In this document: one piece after another, positions 22,815 through 32,600 of the stretch
Layout of the letters: every line of letters begins with the position of its first letter
Numbering within the stretch: the first letter of the stretch is position 1
Origin: Candidatus Latescibacterota bacterium
GTDB lineage: Bacteria > Latescibacterota > UBA2968 > GCA-2709665
Reading direction: 5' to 3'
DNA: 48,963 nucleotides
NCBI GenBank assembly: GCA_963662665.2
Contig: CAXXJS010000001.1
Location: forward strand, 1-48,963
Notes under the pieces: model-generated
Database searches by the model: none
What the model saw: the letters and a program-made list of their open reading frames with translations, nothing else
Told to the model about the DNA's origin: nothing
Translations under genes and position numbers: made by a program

Positions 22815-23831
22815 ATGAAGCCTAAAAACTTCCAGATGCCCAGATCCGTGCAGATCGATGAGGAAAGCCTCACCAGTTCTTACGGGATGTTCACTGTGCA
22901 ACCTCTGGAACGCGGGTTTGGAACCACAATTGGCAATGCATTGCGCCGGGTATTGCTCTCATCCATTGAAGGTGCGGCCGTCAAGGCGATTCGGGTGGAA
23001 GGGGTGCAGCACGAGTTCTCCGTTGTCCGGGGCGTTGTCGAAGACATGACGGAAATCGTCCTGAATCTCAAAGAGGTCAACCTGCAGATGCATTCAGACG
23101 AAGACAAGGTGCTTCGCATCGACAAAGCGGGCCCGGGCGCGTTAACGGCGAAGGAATTGGAGGTGGATGCAGACGTTGAAGTCATGAACCCCGATCAGCA
23201 CATTGCATCCCTGGATAAGGACGGGCATCTGGAGATGGAAATTACCGTAGGCAACGGGCGGGGTTACGTTCTGGCGGAAGAGAACAAGGTCGCCGACCCC
23301 GCTACGGACACGATCTTGCTCGACTCCGCGTTCTCACCTATCCGAAAAGTCCATTACGAGGTGGATAATGCCCGCGTGGGACAACAGATCGACTACGACA
23401 AACTGACATTGACGGTATGGACCAACGGAGCCGCTCGGCCGGACGACGCCGTGTCTCGTGCGGCAAAGATACTGAAGGACCATCTGGAACTCTTTATACA
23501 CTTCGAGGAAGAGCCGGAGGAGGAGTGCGAGGAGATAATCGACGAAGACACCCAACGGGTGGCTTCACTTCTGCAGATGCCGGTGGAAGAACTGGAACTC
23601 TCGGTGCGTTCCGCCAACTGTTTGAAGGCTGCCAATATCCTGACCCTGGAAGACCTCGTGCAGAAAACTGAGACGGAGATGCTGAAGTTTCGGAATTTCG
23701 GCCGCAAATCGCTGAACGAATTGACGGCCATCCTGGAAGGGCTGGGCCTGCAGTTCGGCATGGATATTGAAAAATACAGTGGGATTGCCGCCAAGAGTGA
23801 AGAGGTTGCGGTGCTGGAAGATGAATACTAA
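22815..23831 (+). CDS. rpoA: RNA polymerase alpha subunit
   Basis: PLERGFGTTIGNALRRVLLSS, LELSVRSANCL, NFGRKSLNE; ATG after AAGGAG. Confidence 0.99.
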   Translation: MKPKNFQMPRSVQIDEESLTSSYGMFTVQPLERGFGTTIGNALRRVLLSSIEGAAVKAIRVEGVQHEFSVVRGVVEDMTEIVLNLKEVNLQMHSDEDKVLRIDKAGPGALTAKELEVDADVEVMNPDQHIASLDKDGHLEMEITVGNGRGYVLAEENKVADPATDTILLDSAFSPIRKVHYEVDNARVGQQIDYDKLTLTVWTNGAARPDDAVSRAAKILKDHLELFIHFEEEPEEECEEIIDEDTQRVASLLQMPVEELELSVRSANCLKAANILTLEDLVQKTETEMLKFRNFGRKSLNELTAILEGLGLQFGMDIEKYSGIAAKSEEVAVLEDEY

Positions 23832-23846
23832 CCGGAAAGACGGGCG

Positions 23847-24383
23847 ATGAGACACGGAAAGAGAGGGCGCAAGCTCGGACGCACAGCAAGCCACAGGCGA
23901 GCGATGTTGAACAACATGGCCGCGTCTTTGTTCACGTACGGTTCAATTCGCACGACCCATGCAAAGGCCAAGGAGTTGCGTGGCATGGCCGAACGCCTGA
24001 TTACGTTTGCCAAGAGGGGCGATTTACACGCCAGACGGCAGGTTCTGCGGCGGATTCGGGACCAGCGTGTGGTTTCCAAACTCTTCGATGAAATCGCAAC
24101 TTCGTTTTCGGAACGTAATGGGGGCTATCTGCGGTTGCTCAAACTTGGCCCCCGACGCGGCGACCGTGTTGAAATGTGTCTGGTGGAAATGGTCGGGGAC
24201 GAATTCAGGGCCGACTTCGCCGGGCGCTCAGAGTCTCGCGACGAAGACGGTCCCGGGAGTGAAGACGGGAATACGGCAGAGGCTTCCGCCGCGGAAACCG
24301 GGGACATATCGGACGAACCATCTTCGGTTCGGCCCGATGAGGCCGGCGAATCCGGCGAGGAACAAGAGCGTACGAAAAAATGA
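23847..24383 (+). CDS. rplQ: 50S ribosomal protein L17 with acidic C-terminal extension
   Basis: MRHGK..KLGRTASHR, TTHAKAKE, RNGGYLR, RRGD. Confidence 0.98.
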   Translation: MRHGKRGRKLGRTASHRRAMLNNMAASLFTYGSIRTTHAKAKELRGMAERLITFAKRGDLHARRQVLRRIRDQRVVSKLFDEIATSFSERNGGYLRLLKLGPRRGDRVEMCLVEMVGDEFRADFAGRSESRDEDGPGSEDGNTAEASAAETGDISDEPSSVRPDEAGESGEEQERTKK

Positions 24384-25687
24384 GTCGGTTGCGTCGTGAC
24401 AATATCGGGACAAGAGGGCAAATCGACGATTCGGTCGATTTGCCCTTTGTTTTCACACCAGTTATTGCTGGGATACTCGCTTGTCTATGCCTTGTGTTTT
24501 GCCTCTTTACGGGTTCCGTCGACGGATCCGGAGGGCCTGATGACGAGTTCAGGGGATTGTGGGTCGTTCGCTATTCGCTGACGGACCGTGAGAAAGTGAT
24601 GCGCGCGGTACGTACAGCCGTAGATGGCCGGTTAAACGCACTCCTGGTCCAGGTTCGGGGCAGAGGCGATTCCTTCTACCGCAGCCGTGTGGCGCCCAGG
24701 GCGGATTCTCTATCCGAATCGGATTTCGACCCGCTTGCGGTTCTCGTGGAGGAAGGGCACCGGGCGGGGTTGGAAGTACACGCGTGGGTAAATGTATACC
24801 TCACCTGGCACCCGACAGAGCAGCGTCCGGAGTCGTCACGGCACATATTTCTGCGCCATCCCGAGTGGTTCATGCGGTCCATCGACGGGATCGACATGGG
24901 GCGCCTTGAACTCGATGGCGTCGACCTTGTCAAACGCGGAGTGGAAGGGCGGTATCTCTCGCCGGGCAATCCCGAGGTCCGGATCCATCTGCTCGAGGTC
25001 ATTGAGGAGATTGTTGAAAATTACGATATTGACGGCATTCACCTGGACTATGTCCGGTATCCGAATATCCACTACGACTACAATCCCGCAGTGAGGGCCG
25101 AGTTTACCAGACGCTTTGGCTTCGACCCGGTCGAACTGAAAAGCGCCAAGACGGCGCCCGGCTGCGAGTCGAATGTGACTGATGCCAGGACAGTATGGGA
25201 GAAATGGCGGGGTGAACAGGTCAGCGTTCTGGTCGGTCAGGTGCATGAGCTGATTGCGCGGATGAAGCCCGATGTCAGGTTGTCCGCGGCCGTCAAACCG
25301 GATATAGAATCCGCGTACACACAATACGGCCAGGATTGGATCGGATGGAGTAACGAAGGGCTCCTGGACTTCGTTGTGCCGATGTTCTATGTCGGGTCAA
25401 CGGCACAGATCGAAGAGCAGATGACCGAAGCCAGGAAGCGCGTGAAAGAGGGGCGGCTGTATGCCGGGATCGGACTCTTCAACCAGGAAGCCGGAGAAAC
25501 GGTCGCACAGATTGACATCGCGCGACGTTCAGGATTCCAGGGGGTCGTGTTGTTTTCAGTCGATGGATTCGTACAGCAGCACGATCTGATGGGCGAATTG
25601 ACCCGGGGCCCATTTCGTGAGCCCTCGGTCCGGCCGGCGCCAAAAGCGAAGGAGGAGGGCACCCGTGCAGAAACCCAGGCGCGGTGA
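24380..25687 (+). CDS. GHL10 (YddW/DigH-like) glycoside hydrolase-like protein, probably membrane-anchored or exported
   Basis: FRGLWV, QVRGRGDSFY, FDPL..GLEVHAWVN, DIDGIHLDYVRYP, QDW..DFVVPMFY; N-terminal hydrophobic stretch; start uncertain. Confidence 0.85.
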   Translation: MSRLRRDNIGTRGQIDDSVDLPFVFTPVIAGILACLCLVFCLFTGSVDGSGGPDDEFRGLWVVRYSLTDREKVMRAVRTAVDGRLNALLVQVRGRGDSFYRSRVAPRADSLSESDFDPLAVLVEEGHRAGLEVHAWVNVYLTWHPTEQRPESSRHIFLRHPEWFMRSIDGIDMGRLELDGVDLVKRGVEGRYLSPGNPEVRIHLLEVIEEIVENYDIDGIHLDYVRYPNIHYDYNPAVRAEFTRRFGFDPVELKSAKTAPGCESNVTDARTVWEKWRGEQVSVLVGQVHELIARMKPDVRLSAAVKPDIESAYTQYGQDWIGWSNEGLLDFVVPMFYVGSTAQIEEQMTEARKRVKEGRLYAGIGLFNQEAGETVAQIDIARRSGFQGVVLFSVDGFVQQHDLMGELTRGPFREPSVRPAPKAKEEGTRAETQAR

Positions 25688-27029
25688 TCTGGTAGAAATC
25701 GATATCGAACGGCTGGACCGGCGGGGAAACGGGTTGGGCCGGATTGGCTCCTACACCCTGCTGGTGAGAGGCGCAGTGCCAGGCGACCGGGTCCGTGCTC
25801 GGGTGCGCAAGGTCAGAAACCGGTTGCGACGGGCAGAAGCCGGACTGGAGGAACTTCTCTCCGCGGATATTCAGCGGACCGGTGCGAAGTGCTCTCACTT
25901 TGGTCTGTGCGGCGGGTGTTTGTGGCAGAATATTCCCTATGAGACCCAGGTTCGATTGAAGCAGGATATGGTCCGGACCTGCCTGGTGGAGGCCGGAATT
26001 GATACGGAACCCGACGCGCCGATGCCCTCCGAGGAACCGTTTTTCTACCGTAACAAGATGGAATTCTCCTTTGGCGCGTCGCCGGACGGGCGGGCCGAGG
26101 TAGGGTTGCACGTTTGGGGGCGTTTCGACCGTGTATTCGACCTGGATGCGTGTTATCTGCAGTCAGACACGTCCAACCGTATCGTTGAGCACGTGCGGAG
26201 AATTACCAGGTCGCTCTCGGTTTACGATTTAAAGCGGCACGAAGGCCTGCTCAGATTCCTGACCATAAGGGAGGGTAAACTCACGGGTGAGACCATGGTG
26301 GTGCTGACCACGTCGGGTGAGGCGTTTCCCGAGGCGGAGACGTTGGGAAAACTGCTTGAGAAGGCGTTTCCGGAGGTGAAAAGTGTGATCCGAAACGTCA
26401 ATCTGCGCCGAGCCCAGGTGGCCACCGGCGACCGTGAAGAGGTGCTTGCGGGGACGGGTACCGTCAAGGAAAGATTGGGGGACTTCACGTTCGAGATATC
26501 GCCGGGATCGTTTTTTCAGACCAACACGCGTCAGGCCCAGCATCTTTACAGACGGGTGGTTGAATTGGCTGAACCGGGTCCGGACGACCGGATTCTGGAC
26601 GTGTATTGCGGAACGGGCGCGATTTCGCTGTATTTGTCGCAGCGCGCCGGCCACGTACTGGGCATCGAGGTCGTCGAAGGGGCGGTTCGTGACGCGGTTC
26701 GCAACAGCGCGATAAACGGCGTGTCCAACTGCCGCTTCATCGCGGGTGCGGCGGAAGAAATCCTGTGGCAGGTACGGGAGCGGGGCGAACGGTTTGAGAC
26801 CGTGGTCGCCGATCCTCCGCGGCCGGGTATGCATTTGAAGGCGATTACCGCGATCTGCGATCTGCGTCCGGAGCGCATCGTGTATGTCTCGTGCAATCCG
26901 GAGGCATTGGGTACGGACCTGAATCGGCTGGAGGGCGCAGGTTACAAAACGGATTACGTACAGCTCGTGGATATGTTTCCCCATACACCGCACTGCGAGG
27001 TCGTGGCACGATTGAATTACCAGGCCTGA
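25665..27029 (+). CDS. rlmD: 23S rRNA (uracil-5)-methyltransferase, RlmD/RumA family with TRAM domain
   Basis: CSHFGLCGGC Fe-S motif, YRNKMEF, SFFQTN, DVYCGTG, DPPR, SCNP, DMFPHT; GTG after GGAGGAGG. Confidence 0.92.
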   Translation: MQKPRRGDLVEIDIERLDRRGNGLGRIGSYTLLVRGAVPGDRVRARVRKVRNRLRRAEAGLEELLSADIQRTGAKCSHFGLCGGCLWQNIPYETQVRLKQDMVRTCLVEAGIDTEPDAPMPSEEPFFYRNKMEFSFGASPDGRAEVGLHVWGRFDRVFDLDACYLQSDTSNRIVEHVRRITRSLSVYDLKRHEGLLRFLTIREGKLTGETMVVLTTSGEAFPEAETLGKLLEKAFPEVKSVIRNVNLRRAQVATGDREEVLAGTGTVKERLGDFTFEISPGSFFQTNTRQAQHLYRRVVELAEPGPDDRILDVYCGTGAISLYLSQRAGHVLGIEVVEGAVRDAVRNSAINGVSNCRFIAGAAEEILWQVRERGERFETVVADPPRPGMHLKAITAICDLRPERIVYVSCNPEALGTDLNRLEGAGYKTDYVQLVDMFPHTPHCEVVARLNYQA

Positions 27030-27059
27030 CGATCCGGCTTGTCGAAGAAAATGTACAAA

Positions 27060-27093
27060 ACAAAGCAGAGGATGCGTACATCCTCTGCTTTGT
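27060..27093. terminator. Probable bidirectional terminator between convergent rlmD and greA
   Basis: Perfect 15-bp stem ACAAAGCAGAGGATG / CATCCTCTGCTTTGT, 4-nt loop. Confidence 0.8.
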
Positions 27094-27112
27094 CGGTTTT
27101 CGAACCGGCATG

Positions 27113-27586
27113 TCAATCCCTGCTGATTTCCAGAATCTCATATTCCAGCGTACCCACGGGAACCTTCGCTTCCACCTGCTCGCCAACGCCCTTTCCCAGA
27201 AGCGCGCGGCCAACCGGGGATTGTGTCGAAATTTTGTTCTGTTCGAAATCGGCCTCGTCGGTCGATACCAGCATATACCGGATTTGTTTTCCTGTCCTTC
27301 GGTCCTTTAACGTTACCGTGGCGCCGAGATAGGCCTTATCCTTGGCAATCAGGCTCTCGTCGATGATTTCAGACCGAACCAGTTTGTCCTGGAGTTCGGC
27401 AATTTTCTTTTCGACGAACATCTGTCGCTCTTTTGCGCTGTGGTATTCCGCGTTCTCGCTCAGATCTCCATGTTCCCGGGCTCTGGCGATGGCCTCGATA
27501 ACCGCTGGCCGTTCCCGGGTTCTCAGGCGCTCCAGTTCAGTCCGGATTTTCCTGTAACCGTCTCGTGTGAGGTAAAGCCGATCCAT
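27113..27586 (-). CDS. greA: Transcription elongation factor GreA (alternative start 27607)
   Basis: AREHGDLSENAEYHSAKE, ISTQSPVGRALLGK; SD GAGGGAG upstream of ATG 27586. Confidence 0.97.
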   Translation of the reverse strand: MDRLYLTRDGYRKIRTELERLRTRERPAVIEAIARAREHGDLSENAEYHSAKERQMFVEKKIAELQDKLVRSEIIDESLIAKDKAYLGATVTLKDRRTGKQIRYMLVSTDEADFEQNKISTQSPVGRALLGKGVGEQVEAKVPVGTLEYEILEISRD

Positions 27587-27738
27587 TGTCTTGTCTAACT
27601 CCCTCATTTGCGGATTTCAGGGACTCGCGCGCCGTATAATTTCAAGAAAAAATACCGGGGATCCAGATCTGCGGACGGCCCCTCCGTGTACATCGAAAAC
27701 GATGATGGTGAATCCGAAAATGGACTCTAAGACGCTTA

Positions 27739-27767
27739 AAAATAAGATCTTTTTTGAAAAAAGTCAA
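27739..27767 (-). promoter_or_regulatory. Putative sigma70 promoter for greA
   Basis: Minus strand TTGACT-17-TATTTT. Confidence 0.65.
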
Positions 27768-27794
27768 GATCAAAAGGAACCGGGGAGGTTCGGT

Positions 27795-27823
27795 TTGACA
27801 TCTTCGAAAAAGGTTGGTATACT
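27795..27823 (+). promoter_or_regulatory. Sigma70 promoter for the DapA-family/adk unit
   Basis: TTGACA-17-TATACT with TG extended -10. Confidence 0.85.
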
Positions 27824-27882
27824 ATACGTCTGGCGAAATCTTTCTCTTTAGAGACTACCGCGGGATCCCTGCGAGGTCGGGA

Positions 27883-28782
27883 ATGGACACCACGTTCGTG
27901 CGCGGGCTTATACCGGCACTGATTACCCCGATGACCTGCGACGAGGCGCTGGATGAAGCGGGACTTGAGCGCCTGCTGGATTACGTGATAGACGCTGGCG
28001 CCCACGGCGTATTTGCGGGAGGTACCGCCGGGGAAGCCTGGGCGTTGAGCGTTGAAGAAAAGATACGGCTTTTCCAGTGGACGGTCGGCTATACCGCTGG
28101 ACGGGTCCCGGTTTTTCTGGGAACGGCGGCGAATTGTACATCCGAGGCCGTGCGGCTGGCGGAAGCGGCACAGATTGCCGGGGCCGACTGTCTTTCCGTA
28201 CTCACGCCTTCTTTTGTCACGCCCGATCCGGTGGAGATGTTCAATCACTTTGCCGCGATCGCCCGCTCAGTAGACCTCCCGGTGCTATTATACGATCTGC
28301 CGGCGAGAACGGGTAACAGCCTCTCGGTCGATCTGGTGATGCGGCTGGCAGGCGCATTCGGCAATATCGTCGGTATCAAAGACAGTTCGGGCGATTTTAC
28401 CCGCACGCTCGATTACTTGCGACTTGCTCCCGAAGGGTTTCGTGTTATCATGGGGCGCGACTCGCTGATATACGCCGCTCTGGTCCACGGCGCGGCAGGG
28501 GCAATTGCCGCAAGCGCCAATGTAGCGCCCGAACTTGGGGTTGGCGTTTACGAGAGGTACATGTCCGGAGACACGGAAGGCGCCCTGGGTTTCCAGAAGC
28601 GCCTTGCGCCGCTGCGATCCGCATTTTCGCTTGGAACCCATCCTGCGATGCTCAAGGCCGGGGCCGAACTCGCGGGTGCCGCTGGAGGACCGCCGCGCCG
28701 GCCGGTGAGCCGGTTGTCGGGCGACGATCTGCAAGCGTTGAAAGTCCTGCTTTCAAGGATGGGAAAGCTGCAATCCTCCTAA
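27883..28782 (+). CDS. Dihydrodipicolinate synthase / N-acetylneuraminate lyase family protein
   Basis: GLIPALITP, GTAGE, LYDLPARTG, Schiff-base Lys in GIKDSSGD. Confidence 0.92.
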   Translation: MDTTFVRGLIPALITPMTCDEALDEAGLERLLDYVIDAGAHGVFAGGTAGEAWALSVEEKIRLFQWTVGYTAGRVPVFLGTAANCTSEAVRLAEAAQIAGADCLSVLTPSFVTPDPVEMFNHFAAIARSVDLPVLLYDLPARTGNSLSVDLVMRLAGAFGNIVGIKDSSGDFTRTLDYLRLAPEGFRVIMGRDSLIYAALVHGAAGAIAASANVAPELGVGVYERYMSGDTEGALGFQKRLAPLRSAFSLGTHPAMLKAGAELAGAAGGPPRRPVSRLSGDDLQALKVLLSRMGKLQSS

Positions 28783-28837
28783 ACCGGAATGAACGGCTTC
28801 GATGGCCGGAGGCCTGAACGAATCGAGGAGTGGCGGA

Positions 28838-29452
28838 ATGATCGATCAACGTGAAAAACACCGTGCAATTCTGGTCGTTGGCGCACCCGGGTCGGGCAAG
28901 GGCACACAGGGAAAGATACTGGGGAAGATACCGGGATTCCATCATCTGGCATGTGGTGACGTGTTCCGGTCGCTGGATCCGAGCAGCGAATTGGGCAAGA
29001 TCTTTCTGGACTATTCGGGCAAAGGCCGGCTCGTCCCGGACCAGTTCACCGTTCAACTCTGGCTGGACCATATTCGAGGCGCCATTCATAACGGCGGGTT
29101 TCGCCCGGATGAGGAAGTGCTTGTTCTCGACGGCATTCCACGCAATTTGCGCCAGGCCGAAATGATGGCGGAATATATCGACCTCAACCTGCTCATCTAT
29201 CTGGATATAGCCGATGACAGCGTTCTGGTTACACGTGCGCTGCGCCGCGCGCTCCGGGAGAACCGGCTCGACGATGCAAGCGAAGCAGTCATAAGGCGCC
29301 GCCTGCGTGAATTCGAACGGGAAACGGCGCCTCTACTGGACTACTATCCGGCCGACGTGATACGCAGGGTTGACGGGGAACAGAAACCGGTAGACGTTCT
29401 GAACGATGTGATCGGGATTATCCGGAAAGCGGATACTGTGACCGGAGTCTGA
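28838..29452 (+). CDS. Adenylate kinase family (short, LID-less) nucleoside monophosphate kinase
   Basis: P-loop GAPGSGKGTQ, GRLVPD, LDGIPRN..QA, RLDD..RRRL; ATG after GAGGAG. Confidence 0.9.
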   Translation: MIDQREKHRAILVVGAPGSGKGTQGKILGKIPGFHHLACGDVFRSLDPSSELGKIFLDYSGKGRLVPDQFTVQLWLDHIRGAIHNGGFRPDEEVLVLDGIPRNLRQAEMMAEYIDLNLLIYLDIADDSVLVTRALRRALRENRLDDASEAVIRRRLREFERETAPLLDYYPADVIRRVDGEQKPVDVLNDVIGIIRKADTVTGV

Positions 29453-29631
29453 GACGATCAATCGGTCCGGAAGGAGCACGGTCGCCTTTTGTTGGGGCGG
29501 CCGTCGTATTTTCCGGGACACGATACCTCGCCTACAGAGCGATCTTGTCAATGGACTGTTTTATGTCGATTACGCGGCGCTGGCCGTGCGTTCGGGCCTC
29601 GTCAGATTCGTTACGAGGAGCATCCGCAGCT

Positions 29632-32600
29632 ATGTTTGGAATTTGTCTCGGTCTGGTTGTCCTGCTGGTCATACCGCCACGCGCGGCTGAAAGCACCACG
29701 ATGGACTGGACCATGTTCCGGCAGGGAGACGGACTTGCCCACAACATGGTGACGGCAGTATTGGAAGCGCGTGACGGCGCGCTCTGGTTCGCCACACGGG
29801 AGGGTATATCCCGCTATGACGGTCGGACGTGGCGCACCTATGGTGAAGAAGAGGGATTGCCCGGCAGCAGCTACAGCGAACTCTTCGAGGCCGAGAACGG
29901 CACCCTATGGGCTACCGGGGGGTTCGGATTTCGCGGCCAGGCCGAAAACCACATCGCTCGTCTGGCCGGCGACCGGTGGGAGCCGGTCAAACTGCCCCTG
30001 GAGCTTGCGGGCATCGGCGTGGGGCCGGTTGTCGGCGTTGGAGAAGGCGGTCTCTGCTTTGCCACGGCGGGTTTGGGTATACTCCACTATGCCGGCGGCG
30101 ATTGGAAGACGATCGACGAAGACGATGGACTTGCGTCCAATCGTGTGCGATGCCTGTTGCGTTCGAAAGACGGGTCCGTGTGGGCGGCGTACGCGGGGCG
30201 GCGCCCTGGCGCGCCGTTTTCACGCCGGCCCGGACGCGGCCCCGGGGGTGGCGTGAGCCGTTTCGATCCTGCAAAGAATGAGTGGTTGGCGGTCGCGAAG
30301 CCGGGCGAACTGGACGGTGGGACGGTGACCACCATGGCGCAGGCGGTCGACGGTGCAGTCTGGCTGGGGACCGAAAACCGGGGCGTATTGCGTTACGACG
30401 GCGTAAATTGGCAGGCGTATGCCGCGGCAGACGGATTACCCGCAAACCGGGTGCTGTCCGTCGCATCGGCGCCCGACGGGTCGGTATGGGTGGGTACCGT
30501 CGGTGGTGTCGTCCGATTCACGGCATCTGAAAGTGAATCCCCGGCCAGGGGGGGGCGCTGGCGGATTCTTCAGGTCTTTACGGAAGAGAACGGCCTTCCC
30601 AGCAATCTGGTCACGTCCGTGTGCGTAAGCAGGGACGGCGCCGTCTGGGTGGGAACCGCTTGGGGCGTCGCACGATACGGCACGTCGGGTTGGAACCACC
30701 ACAGCCGGTGGGTGGGCGCGGCCGACCGGGGCGGCGTGGCCCTTGAACGCACCGCGGATGGTCGATTGTGGGCAGCCACGGGAGAACGTATTTACGAATT
30801 CGACGGCGCCAACTGGAAGGAGGCGTACAGGATCCGGACGAACGGCCGCCGCGGGCCCGGACGCATCGTGGCGTTGAGAAAAGGACGGGGCGGTACGTTA
30901 TGGGCTGCCGTCGGTCGACGTGTGTTGCGTTTCGACGGCGCCCGCTGGAAGGAATACAGATTGCCCACGTCGGGACCCGGGTCCCGTGTTCTGTCGATTT
31001 TTCCAGCGCGCAAGGGCGGGGTGTGGGCGGGCACGCGAGCCGGACTGTTTCGATTGCACAATGAGGAATGGTACGCGCACGCGCCGGCGGTTTCGGGCGG
31101 CGTAGGTGCGGTATACGAGTCCGGCGACGGCGCGCTCTGGCTTGGCGCCGACGGCGGCGTGGTCCTGGAGCGAAACGGCGAACGTCGGATTTTCACCTCG
31201 GCAGACGGGTTGCCTGGAGAGCCGGTTATTGCGCTGACGGAAGTGCAGGGCGCGGTCTGGGCCGCCACGCGCTTCAATGGGATGTTTCGGTACAATCAGG
31301 GTGGGTGGGAGGCTGTTCCCAAGGGTGATCAAACCGTTTTCGGGGGCGCGCACCGGTTTTTCGTGGATGACGATGGCATACTCTGGTTGGCCTCCCTTGC
31401 GATCGGGGCGGTTCATACCGATGGTCAGACCTGGACGCGCTATACAACGCGAAACGGCCTTCCCGGCACCAGGGTGTGGGACATCGCGCAGGACAGACAC
31501 GGACGGTTCTGGTTTGCCACCGATAAGGGACTGGGATGTTATTCGCCGGACAGGGATCCGCCTGAAACCACTCTGGCAATGCCGCCCGACGAGGTCGCGC
31601 CCTATCAGAGCGTGCTGTTCAAGTTTTCGGGTCAGGACGCGTGGAAGCAAACACCGACACACGAATTGAAATACGCGTGGAGGGTGAACGAAGAGGTTTG
31701 GGCGCCGTTCGTTCGGGTCGGTACGCCTGGGATCTGGTCGCCTTTTACCGGTGAGGATCATGCGCTGCTGTCCCGGCTGCATCCGGGACAGCACACGTTT
31801 GAAGTACGTGCAATGGACCGGGGATTCAACATCGATCCGACGCCGGCCAAACGTCAATTCGTCGTTCTGGCGCCAGTATGGCGAAGGCCGTGGTTCGTCG
31901 CCCTGAGTGTATTCTCGATCGTGGCCCTTGGCGTATCGTCCGGATACGCGCTGCACCGGCGTCGGCGGTGGCAGGAGGCGCAGACTCGCCACATTCAGGA
32001 ATTGGAATCAGAGCTGCAGAAGGCGCACAGAATGCAGATGGGCCTTCTGCCTACGGCCCCGATTCGAGACGATTTCTTCGAAATCGCAGGGGTCTGCGCG
32101 CCCGCGAACCACGTGGGCGGCGATTATTTCAACTATTTCTGGCTGGACGAGTCGCGCCGGACACTGGGCTTCGGCGCGGCGGACGTATCGGGAAAGGCGA
32201 TGGAGGCGGCCGTCCATGCGATGCAGCTAAGCGGAATTTTCAAATACGAATTTCGGGGGAAAAAGCCGCTGACCGAGGTAGCGAGCCGGCTGGACGAGGA
32301 TCTGAGGGAGCAGATGGATGAGGCCAGCTTTGTCACCTGCTGCATAGGCACACTGGATCTTGAGAAGCGGTGCGTGCAACTGATCAATGCCGCTCATCCC
32401 TTTCCGTATCATTATTGCGCCAGCGCCGGCGAATTGCGCGCGATTCAGCTTCCGTCCATACCGCTGGGCATGGTGTTGCCCCCGGGAAGTCCGGGCGGGC
32501 ACGCCGCCGCCGCCATCCAGGTTGCACCGTCTGATCTGCTGGTGTTTTACAGCGATGGTGTGACCGACATGAGAAATTCGGCTGGTGAGTTCTACGAGAC

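Noticed and set aside
29455-29490. GGTCCGGAAGGAGCA resembles the SRP (4.5S) RNA apical motif
   Set aside because: The conserved CAGG/AGCA internal loop is not intact (TCGG..GCAC) and there is no long flanking rod.
29700-31550. Recurring sequence units as a possible repeat array or CRISPR
   Set aside because: These are degenerate protein-level propeller repeats inside one ORF, with no identical DNA repeats or spacers.
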